The notes under the pieces are model-generated. The model worked only from the letters and a program-made list of their open reading frames with translations. It was not told the DNA's origin and made no database searches. Below, piece after piece: positions 48,181 through 58,300 of a stretch of DNA of 64,000 nucleotides. Location: NCBI GenBank assembly GCA_002269645.1, contig NIVC01000914.1:1-64000 (forward strand), given 5' to 3'. A program made the position numbers and the translations under genes. The stretch's first letter is position 1; each line of letters opens with the position of its first letter. The DNA is from Macrostomum lignano (taxonomy: Eukaryota).

Positions 48181-48672
48181 TGAAGCACAGCAGGGCCACG
48201 GAAGCTGGACGCAAATTTTTCTCTGCACTTTTTGTTGCTTCGCTCCTGACGCGAACTCCGCTGTGTTTTTTGTACTAATTTATTAACCACCAGAAATTGC
48301 CCTCCGTTGACTTGCAGCCCGGGAATTGATGGCATGCTCGTACATTATTTATTATCTGTTGGACTTTTTCCCTCCCACTTGGGACGAGACCTGGCCCTCC
48401 TACCCTACAGCATGTAAGCCGACACTTACTGACTAAAATTAAATTACTCCCATTCACCAACATTCTATGAATATAGTCTCCCTTTGTATCTTAGAAATAG
48501 CGTATACTATAGCGTATTGATGTAATTGAACAAATGCATAGAATAAAAATGACTTCTCTGGCTACAGACGTTTGCTAAACGTTTGCTTTTTCGATAAACG
48601 AGACATTCTCGACAAAATAGACATTTGCAATTAGAGGGGGAAATCAACTAATTCAATAAATTTAATGGCAAA

Positions 48673-50090
48673 TTGGTGGGGCTGGCTCTTAAGATCGTGT
48701 GTACATTGTTGGGGTTGGTCCCAAGGATCGTGTGTACATTGGTGGGGTTGGTCCCAAGGATCGTGTGTACATTAGTGGGGTTGGTCCCAAGGATCGTGTG
48801 TACATTGGTGGGGTTGGTCCCAAGGATCGTGTGTACTTTGGTGGGGTTGGTCCCAAGGATCGTGTGTACATTGGTGGGGTTGGTCCCAAGGATCGTGTGT
48901 ACATTAGTGGGGTTGGTCCCAAGGATCGTGTGTACATTGGTGGGGTTGGTCCCAAGGATCGTGTGTACATTGGTGGGGTTGGTCCCAAGGATCGTGTGTA
49001 CATTGGTGGGGTTGGTCCCAAGGATCGTGTGTACATTGTTGGGGTTGGTCCCAAGGATCGTGTGTACATTGGTGGGGTTGGTCCCAAGGATCGTGTGTAC
49101 ATTGGTGGGGTTGGTCCCAAAGATCGTGTGTACATTGGTGGGGTTGGTCCCAAGGTTCGTGTGTACATTGGTGGGGTTGGTCCCAAAGATCGTGTGTACA
49201 TTGGTGGGGTTGGTCCCAAGGATCGTGTGTACATTGAGGGGGTTGGTACCAAGGATCGTGTGTACATTGGTGGGGTTGGTCCCAAGGATCGTGTGTACAT
49301 TGATGGGGTTGGTACCAAGGATCGTGTGTACATTGGTGGGGTTGGTCCCAAAGATCGTGTGTACATTGGTGGGGTTGGTCCCAAGGTTCGTGTGTACATT
49401 GATGGGGTTGGTCCCAAGGATCGTGTGTACATTGGTGGGGTTGGCTCCAAGTATCGTGTGTACATTGGTGGGGTTGGTCCCAAGGATCGTGTGTACATTG
49501 GTGGGGTTGGCTCCAAGTATCGTGTGTACATTGATGGGGTTGGTCCCAAGGATCGTGTGTACATTGGTGGGGTTGGTACCAAGGATCGTGTGTACATTGA
49601 TGGGGTTGGCTCCAAGTATCGTGTGTACATTGGTGGGGTTGGTCCCAAGGATCGTGTGTACATTGGTGGGGTTGGCTCCAAGTATCGTGTGTACATTGAT
49701 GGGGTTGGTCCCAAGGATCGTGTGTACATTGGTGGGGTTGGTCCCAAGGATCGTGTGTACATTGGTGGGGTTGGTCCCAAGTATCGTGTGTACATTGGTG
49801 GGGTTGGTCCCAAGGATCGTGTGTACATTGGTGGGGTTGGCTCCAAGTATCGTGTGTACATTGATGGGGTTGGCTCCAAGTATCGTGTGTACATTGGTGG
49901 GGTTGGTCCCAAGGATCGTGTGTACATTGGTGGGGTTGGCTCCAAGTATCGTGTGTACATTGGTGGGGTTGGTCCCAAGGATCGTGTGTACATTGGTGGG
50001 GTTGGCTCCAAGTATCGTGTGTACATTGGTGGGGTTGGCTCCAAGTATTGTGTGTACATTGGTGGGGTTGGCTCCAAGTATTGTGTGTAC
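48673..50090. repeat. 33-bp minisatellite (GGTGGGGTTGGTCCCAAGGATCGTGTGTACATT)n
   Basis: Read directly; second array at 58301-58690. Confidence 0.98.
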
Positions 50091-50829
50091 GTGTGTGGTG
50101 TTTTACAGAGTTAAATAAATCACGCAAGAGAATTTATTTAACATTTTTATCTCAACATAGAATATATTTAACACAGGATTATGTTAATATATATTTTTAT
50201 AAGAACTCCAAAACTAATTAGGCGATTTTGTTGACAGATTTATTGCACGACCCAGACAATTTCGAATTTTTAAGAGAATTACGATCTGATCCCATACAGC
50301 ACTAAATACTTCCGCATGCCTCTCTCAACTGTTTAAGCTAAAAAGCAGGGGTCACAAATCAGCAAAGCTCTCTAGCAAACTGTGACTAAATAGTCGGGTA
50401 AAAGCATCTGGGAAGAACGATTTTGAAGACACGGTGAGAAAGAGAAAGATGGAGAGAGCTGGCTACGCACAATGACCACTGTTAGACTAAGCACGGAACC
50501 GATTCAAATCTAATGGGGATCTGGCTATACGTACATTTTGGCGCTTGACTATTATTATGAATATTATGAGAATTTGATGACGCAACAGAATAAGCATCAA
50601 TCTTTCATTGGACGATGTAAAGGGCGCGAATAGGCGGTGCAGTTCAAGTGTGAATCTGCTACGCAATGGTCGAGAGACTGTGCAATGCACTGTTATAATT
50701 TACACAATCTATACATGCAAGAGTATGTCGTAGCTTCTAAAAAATAGCGACCGCCGAAAAGGGCTAAAAGTACAAATAAAAAAATGGCAATTATATTTGC
50801 TTATGAGTACTGAAGAGCTTGAGGCGGGT

Positions 50830-51720
50830 ATGGTCCAGTGTACATTAGAGTTAGGTGGGATTGGCCAAATGGTCCAGTGTACATTGGAGTGACGTGGGGT
50901 TAGCCAAATGGTCCAGTGTACATTGGCGTGAGATGGGGTTGTTCAATGGTCCAGTGTACAGTGGCGTGGGGTGGGGTTGGTCAATGGTCCAGTGTACATT
51001 GGAGCGAAGCAGGGTTGGCCAATGGTCCAGTGTACATTGGAGCGAAGCAGGGTTGGCCAATGGTCCAGTGTACATTGGAGCGAAGCAGGGTTGGCCAATG
51101 GTCCAGTGTACATTGGAGCGAAGCAGGGTTGGCCAATGGTCCAGTGTACATTGGAGCGAAGCAGGGTTGGCCAATGGTCCAGTGTACATTGGCGTGGATG
51201 GGGTTGGTCAATGGTCCAGTGTACATTGGATTGAGGTGGGTTTGGCCAATGGTCCAGTGTACATTGGCGTGAGGGTGGGTTGGTCAATGTTCAAGTATAC
51301 ATTGGCGTGAGGTGGGGTTGGCCAATGGTCCAGTGTACATTGGATTGAGTGGGTTTGGCCAATGGTCCAGTGTACATTGGCGTGAGGGTGGGTTGGTCAA
51401 TGGTCAAGTATACATTGGCGTGAGGGTGGGTTGGTCAATGGTCAAGTATACATTGGCGTGAGGTGGGGTTGGCCAATGGTCCAGTGTACATTGGATTGAG
51501 TGGGGTTGGCCAATGGTCAAGTGTACATTGGCGTGAGGTGGGGTTGGTCAATGGTCAAGTGTACATTGGAGTGAGGTGGGGTTGGTCAATGGTCAAGTGT
51601 ACATTGGAGTGAGGTGGGGTTGGCCAATGGTCAAGTGTACATTGGCTTGGATGGGGTTGGTCAATGGTCCAGTGTACATTGGAGTGAGGTGGGGTTGGTC
51701 AATGGTCCAGTGTACATTGA
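50830..51720. repeat. 38-bp minisatellite (GGTGGGGTTGGCCAATGGTCCAGTGTACATTGGAGTGA)n
   Basis: Read directly. Confidence 0.95.
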
Positions 51721-52384
51721 TGTTGGGCTGTTCCAAAGGCAATTTTAGCACAATGCCAAACTCCCATGCCTATAATAACCAATAAAAACACGAATCAGTG
51801 TCCGGACACAACGAATAGGAAAGCATGGAAAAGTAAAAAAAGAACTGGGAGAACAAAAACTATTTTAAAAAAACACACACATAAGCACTGGATTAGCGCA
51901 GTCTGATGCAAATGAAAAAATATTTCAGCCGACAAATAAATAGCATTTCTTGTCCAAGCAACTTTTTCTTACACAGAGACTGTAATATAGGAGAATGAGC
52001 AATTTGCAGCTAGTGCCGAAATTTTCAATAGTTGCGGCAGCGACAAATATAATAGCAAGGCAACAAAAAGGCGTTTGTTAAATAGAACAATTTACATGCA
52101 GACACAAGTGCTTTAGATAAGGAAAACCCATAGCCAGTTGTCAAAGGTAACGAGAATGAAATCTGTATGGGCCTGAGTAGGCGGCAATATCTGTCAGCGC
52201 TTTATGGATCTGTAATTTTGCGCAACAACCTCTGTCTCGGATTGTGTTAAAATTACAGGTGAACCGTGAAGACTGGAGATTGAGATTACTTCAAGCGCTT
52301 CTGGCTACACCTCCTCATTTAGTCATAAAACTGCTTTGCTGCGTCTGAAAGAGAATTCGCCGCAAGAGTACACAAAGTTCAGGA

Positions 52385-53070
52385 AAGAGAGGCGGGGAAG
52401 GGAGAGAGGCAGAGGGGAAGGGGAGAGGCAGAGGGGAAGGGGAGAGGCAGAGGGGAAGGGGAGAGGCAGAGGGGAAGGGGAGAGGCAGAGGGGAAGGGAG
52501 AGAGGCAGAGGGGAAGGGGAGAGGCAGAGGGGAAGGGGAGAGGCAGAGTGGAAGGGGAGAGGCAGAGGGGAAGGGGAGAGGCAGAGGGGAAGGGGAGAGG
52601 CAGAGGAGAGACAGGGAAAGGGAGGGCGACGGGGGGACAGGGAGAGAGGAAGAGAGGGGGAGAGAGGGGAGAGAGGGGAAGGGAGAGGGTAAAGGAGAGA
52701 GGGAGAGGAGAGAGGGAGGGGGAGTGAGAGGGGGAGAGAGGGTGGAGATGGAGAGGAGAGAGGGAGGGGGAGGGAAAGGAGGAGAGAGGGAGGGAGAGGG
52801 AAAGGAGGAGAGAGGGAGGGAGAGGGAAAGGAGGAGAGAGGGAGGGAGAGGGAAAGGAGGAGAGAGGGAGGGAGAGGGAAAGGAGGAGAGAGGGAGGGAG
52901 AGGGAAAGGAGGAGAGAGGGAGGGGAGGGAAAGGAGGAGAGAGGGAGGGAGAGGGAAAGGAGGAGAGAGGGAGGGAGAGGGAAAGGAGGAGAGAGGGAGG
53001 GAGAGGGAAAGGAGGAGAGAGGGAGGGAGAGGGAAAGGAGGAGAGAGGGAGGGAGAGGGAAAGGAGAGAG
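52385..53070. repeat. GA-rich polypurine tandem repeats
   Basis: Read directly. Confidence 0.93.
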
Positions 53071-53230
53071 GAACACAGATGAATCGATGACAGGAAGCAA
53101 CGTGTTGTCCTCCGCTGAGAGCATCTCTGCAGTGCTAGTGAAATGTTACAGTTTGAAAATTGCGCAACTATTTGGGCGCAACAAAGCCAAGGCTCCGCCC
53201 GCCCGCCCAGCCAGCCAGCCAGCCAGCCAA

Positions 53231-56200
53231 TCAAGCGTGGAAGGCAACGTCGGGCAGGCGGCCCGGCAGGAGGGCGGCGGCGGAATCCGGCAGGCCGAAC
53301 TCGCGCACGGCCCACAGCTGCGCCTGCCTGTGCAGGGCGGCCCGGTCGGCGGCCGGCAGGAGGCCAGCCCGGACGAACAGGCTGCCGGAGAGCAGCTCCT
53401 GGACACGGCGGAGCAGGCTGGCCGCGGTGGCCGGATCGATTGGCGAACAGCCGGGCGGCAGGGTGGCCACGAGGTCCGGGCCGCCGCCGCCGTGGCCGCC
53501 CCACAGACCCGCAGCGGCGGCGGCAGCGGAAGCCGCGTCTGGCGGCGCAACGGCGGCCGGCTGCGGACTGGCCGGTAGACGGCGCGGCGGCTCCGGCGGG
53601 CACTGAGCCAAAGTGAGGTCGCGGGTTCGATCGCTGAGCACGGAGCGAATCTCCTCAAGATGCGGAGCGAACAGCCTGGGATGCCGATAGCCACCGTCGG
53701 ATCCGCCGCCGCCGCCGGCGTGCAGCCAGGCGGCCGGCCGGGACAGCCCGGCGTCCTTCGGCAGCAGCTTCCGCCTGACGGCCTCCTGCAGGCTGTCAGG
53801 GCACAGCAAGTGCTCCAATCGGAGTCCCTGTGACACCAGGTCGCCCAGCACAGAGGACAGCTCCTCTGAGGCCGCCGCTGCCGCTGCTGAACCGGCGGCT
53901 CGCTTCTGCCTGCCGCTGGACAAACCGCCCCCACCGCCAGTTTTGCGCGAGAAGCCTGCAGGTGCGCCCGTCTGTTGCGACTCTGGATATGGAGATGGGG
54001 ATGGGGGTTGCTAGGAAAGAGGAGCGATCCTTGATGAAGCTGGAGGCTGAGGGGCGAATATTGATGGAGCTAGAGGCTGAGGGGCGATTCCTAATAAATC
54101 TGGAGGCTAAGGGCGATTCTTGATGAAGCTGGAGGCTAAAGGGCGATTATAGATTAAGCTGGAGGCTGAGGGGCGATTCTTGATGGAGCTGGAGGCTAAG
54201 GGGCAATTCTTGATGGAGCTGGAGGCTGAAACGGCGATTCTTGATGGAGCTGGAGGCTGAAAGGGCGATTCTTGATGGAGCTGGAGATGTAGAGCAATCC
54301 TCCAGGAAGCAGGAGGTAGGGGGTTGGGGCGATTTTTGCTTGGAATGAAGGACAAATTTTAGTGGAAATTGATGGCTCTAAATCGAACTTCCCCAGAGAG
54401 TGATTTTCTCAATCAAAGTGCCTCAGCTTAGCTTGTTATCTCAACAAAAAATCAGATACCAGTTCTATCGCTAATTAGCCCCAAGCTTAGCCATTCATCT
54501 CTTGTCTCCTCAGGGAGGGGGGCAGTCTACGCCCCCACAGTTTAACCGGCCATGCAGGTAAACACAGCGGGGCAGTTAACTAACTAACCCCAGCTTCCCC
54601 CATCTCTCTCCATCCTTCCTCCCTCAATTCCGCTTCTCCATCTCATTCATTATAAATTTTGCAGCGCCAACAAGCGGCGGTGCGCCTCTGTGTCAAAACC
54701 GCGCCGGCTTCTCAAGCAATTAAAAGAGCGCCAGGCTTCAACCCTAAGCCAGGTGCAGGTAGGCGTAGCATTAGTGCAGCTCAATAGCTGCTTAGAAGCC
54801 GTTCAAAGGGAATAACAGGAGAGGGATCCCCTTTCTAGGCTTGGCTGTTTTTGAAGAAAAAAACGACTTTTAAACATCAACTGTTCCGTTAGCGAAAGTG
54901 CAAGCGGTAGTTTAGCGCTTCTAGCTGTTCTGTTCCTTGCATAATTAGGGTAGTGTTTTTTGCCACGGCGAAAATTTTACTTTAATTTGAATTCCATCTA
55001 TCCACGTACACTAAAATTGAGTTGCTTCTAGGTATCCATGGGGATTTCAAGGGGTCAGCTGTCCGCTTATCATCTTGGTCATGTTTCTTGGGGAAAAATC
55101 TAGTCGATGGCGCTAAAATCTAGTCTGTGGCGCTAAAATCTAGTCTATGGCGCTAAAATCTAGTCTGTGGCGCTAAAATCTAGTGTCTGTGGCGCTAAAA
55201 TCTAGCCGATGGCGCTAAAATCTAGTATATGGCGCTAAAATGGCGCTATAATCTAGCCTGTAGCGCTAAAATCTAGTCGATTGCGCTAAAATCTAGTTTA
55301 GGAACAAAAATCTAGTCTGTGGCGCTAAAATCTAGTCTGTGGCACCAAAATCTAGTCTGTGGCGCTAAAATCTAGCCGATGGCGCTAAAATCTAGTCTGT
55401 GGCGCTAAAATCTAGTCTGTGGCACCAAAAGCTAGTCTGTGGCGCTAAAATCTAATCTGTAGTGCTAAAATCTAGTCTATGGCGCTAAAATGGCGCTATA
55501 ATCTAGCCTGTAGCGCTAAAATCTAGTCGATTGCGCTAAAATCTAGTTTAGGAACAAAAATCTAGTCTGTGGCGCTAAAATCTAGCCGATGGCGCTAAAA
55601 TCTAGTCTGTGGCGCTAAAATCTAGTCTGTGGCACCAAAAGCTAGTCTGTGGCGCTAAAATCTAATCTGTAGTGCTAAAATCTAGTCGATGGCGCTAAAA
55701 TCTAGTCTGTGGAGCTAAAATCTAGTCGACGGTTAGAAAACTAAAAACTAAGTGGTTAATTAACGAGACTTAGGACTGCGACTGGCGCAACTTTTACCAG
55801 ACATTCGACAGAAAGAAAGCAAAGCTTATTGCTTTACTAACAGACCACGTGACCTTAAACTGCGCGTAGCAGATAGCAAAACTCGTTAGTAGGACGTGAA
55901 TCTCCCAAATCCATTGGCAGTCCCGCCATAAATTATGGCCGAAAGCAGCAGTTCGGCATTTGATTCGCTATTTCTGTTGAAGCAATAAAATCCGCAGACT
56001 ACAGACGCGATTGGCAAGCAAGGCAGCAGCAGGTAGGAGCAGAAAATTTTCCAGAACAGTAGTCAATCTTGACATCGCCTTGTTTACTTTATACATCTCG
56101 CCTCACTCTGGCTCCCCTCCATAACACGCGCAGACGCCATGATTGATGAGGGAGGTGGTTAGGGCCAGTCCAGCATCCCGGAACACCTCATCAAGTGCCT

Positions 56201-58300
56201 TCTTTGCCAAGTACAAGAGAAACAAACTGGGGTATAAAAGTGCGGCCAGTTGCCGAAGAGAAGATCATTAACTGGCAAGATGTTAAGCCTAGTGGTCAGA
56301 GCGTCGGACTCGCGACTGGAAGGTCTGGGGTTCGATTCTCGGCCCACTCGGAACAATTTGTGTCCTTGAGCAAGACACTTAACTCTGCATTGCTTCAGTT
56401 CACCCAGCTGTAAAATGGGTGCCAGCATTAGCTGGGATAATTGAGGGTGTGTGTGGCAACCCCCAGTCCTTGGACTGAACAGCCGTACGCAGCCTTCAGA
56501 TGCGCCACGCAATAGCTGCGGCTGAGCTGTCGGTTATTATGGCGAGTGTAGTAAAAAACAACTCGTACTGGACAACCTTCTTATCTAAAGTCAACTCATG
56601 ATGCTCCAGCCTTACCAAATAAGTTAGCTAAGGTCACCGAATCCGCAAAAATATCAAGTCAGTCGTGTCCATCGAAGTAAAATAATTTTAGGGTTAATTA
56701 GGGTCACGAAAGCAAAGAAGCCTAGGACATTTAAGGTCATACAAACCATTGAAATTCTATCCTAAGGTCAGTTAGGGTCATCAAACCCGGGAATCTTCGG
56801 GTCATTAGGGTGACCGAACCATAAAATCCTGGGGTTATTTAAGGTCACAGAAACCTCGCAGAGCCATAGGGTCAATTAGAGCCACCGAAACTAAGCATTC
56901 AAGGGTCAGTTAGGGTCACCGAACTCCGATATCCTAGGGTCCATTAGGGTTTTTCAAAACGCGAGAATCTTCGAGTTAATTAGGGTCACCGAACCACAGC
57001 ATCCCTGGGTCAGTTAGGGTCACCGAACCCCAGATCCAGGGTCAGTAAGGGTCACCGAACCCCAGATCCAGGGTCAGTTAAGGTCACCGAACCACAGCAT
57101 CCAGGGTCAGTTAAGGTCACCAAACCACATCACCCAGGGTCAGTTAAGGTCACCGAACCACAGCATCCAGGGTCAGTTAGGGTCACCGAACCCCAGCATC
57201 CCAGGGTCAGTTAGGGTCACCGAACCCCAGATCCAGGGTCAGTAAGGGTCACCGAACCCCAGATCCAGGGTCAGTTAGGGTTACCGAACCCCAGATCCAG
57301 GGTCAGTTAAGGTCACCGAACCACATCACCCAGGGTCATTTAGGGTCACCGAACCACAGCATCCAGGGTCCATCTCGTAGACATACCCGCGGCAATTTCG
57401 GCAGCCCTGGCGGCCACCTGCGCCTCGCCCCAGGCGATGAGGGCGCTCAGCACGTCAGACTCGGCCGCTTGTAGAAAGTCGGACCGCAGAGCGGCCAGCA
57501 GCTCCCGGCGGCTCAGCTGAGTCAGCACACGCGGCGCCTGGACGGCTAGCGCGGCGAATTCCTCGCACAGGAACAGGCGCGCCTGTCGGTGGACCCAGGC
57601 GGAACCGGTGCCGGCGCCGGACCAGTCCAGGACAGGCACCAGGGTGTCCGGGCACAGGGACTCCACCAGTAGGTCTTCACTAGCCCGGGTGAGACAGGGC
57701 AGCTCAAGGAAACGGCCAATCTCGTGCAGATCCATCAGGTCCTGGGCATGAGCAGACGGAGGGTCACTGATACTACCGGCTAAGTAACTGCGGAACGAGC
57801 AACCCAATCTACCCGAATGCAAAACAAAGACTACTCCAACAGACAAAACAAAGACTACTCCAAAAACTGAAACCAAGGCTACTTCACAAGTCAAAACAAA
57901 GACTACTCTAAAAGACAAAACAAAGACTACTCTAAAAGACAAAACAAAGACTACTCTAAAAGACAAAACAAAGACTACTCCAAAAACTGAAACCAAGGCT
58001 ACTTCACAAGTCAAAACAAAGACTACACTAAAAGACAAAACAAAGACTACTCTAAAAGACAAAACAAAGACTACTCCAAAAACTGAAACCAAGGCTACTT
58101 CAAAAGCCGAAACCAAGACTACTTCAAAAGACAAAACAAAGACTACCCAAAAAGCCAAAACAAAGACAACTTCAAAAGCCAAAAACAAAGACTCACCCGC
58201 AGTGCCAGGCAGTCGGGCAGGCGGTCGGTGTACAGGCAGGTCAGCATAGCCGGCGCCAGGCGGCGCGGCAGCACAGCCTCGTCGAGCACCAGCGCCAAAG
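53231..58300 (-). CDS. BTBD7: BTB/POZ domain-containing protein 7, 3' half only (5'-truncated, possibly a pseudogene copy)
   Basis: Exons about 58300-58197 (LVLDEAVLPRRLAPAMLTCLYTD), about 57741-57387 (acceptor uncertain; DLHEIGRFLE...WVHRQARLFLCEEF...SDFLQAAESDVLSALIAWGE, BACK domain), and 53955-53231 (RHPRLFAPHLEEIRSVL...LWAVREFGLPDSAAALL). These match motifs recalled from BTBD7. The first exon fragment abuts satellite with no acceptor. Confidence 0.8.
53995..54290. repeat. About 32-bp tandem repeat (TTGATGGAGCTGGAGGCTGAGGGGCGATTC-like)
   Basis: Read directly. Confidence 0.9.
55105..55735. repeat. 20-bp minisatellite (GGCGCTAAAATCTAGTCTGT)n
   Basis: Read directly. Confidence 0.96.
56281..56535 (+). 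mobile_element. tRNA-derived SINE family 2, GC-rich well-preserved copy
   Basis: A box AGCCTAGTGGTCAGAG, B box GGTTCGATTCTC, then GTGTCCTTGAGCAAGACACTTAAC...CACCCAGCTGTAAAATGGGT, resembling the conserved central domain of widespread metazoan SINEs (Meta-domain-like, recalled). Confidence 0.8.
56690..57370. repeat. About 32-bp tandem repeat (GGGTCAGTTAGGGTCACCGAACCCCAGATCCA)n, degenerating leftwards
   Basis: Read directly. Confidence 0.92.
57820..58190. repeat. About 24-bp A-rich tandem repeat (AAAGACAAAACAAAGACTACTCTA-like)
   Basis: Read directly. Confidence 0.92.

Larger units (their letters stand above)
48673..53679. repeat. Segmental duplication, left copy (matches 58301-64000)
   Basis: Unique spacers 50090-50830 and 51720-52380 and coding sequence 53231-53679 recur colinearly at 58690-59520, 61980-62630 and 63552-64000. 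Confidence 0.95.

Noticed and set aside
48673-50127. Long ORFs in several frames (up to 481 aa) and a CRISPR-like 33-bp periodicity
   Set aside because: Pure head-to-tail tandem units with no unique spacers and no cas genes, in a eukaryotic context; the ORFs are open only because the unit lacks stops.
52315-53616. Pro/Ser-rich and Arg/Glu/Gly-rich ORFs, also at 62519-63937
   Set aside because: GA-rich repeat translations and alternative frames of the GC-rich BTBD7 exon.
57742-58196. Reading through the BTBD7 intron as coding (VVFVLSF repeats in ORF 57346..58677)
   Set aside because: Flanked by a clear GTGAGT donor at 58196 and made of a 24-bp tandem repeat; the exact downstream acceptor remains uncertain.
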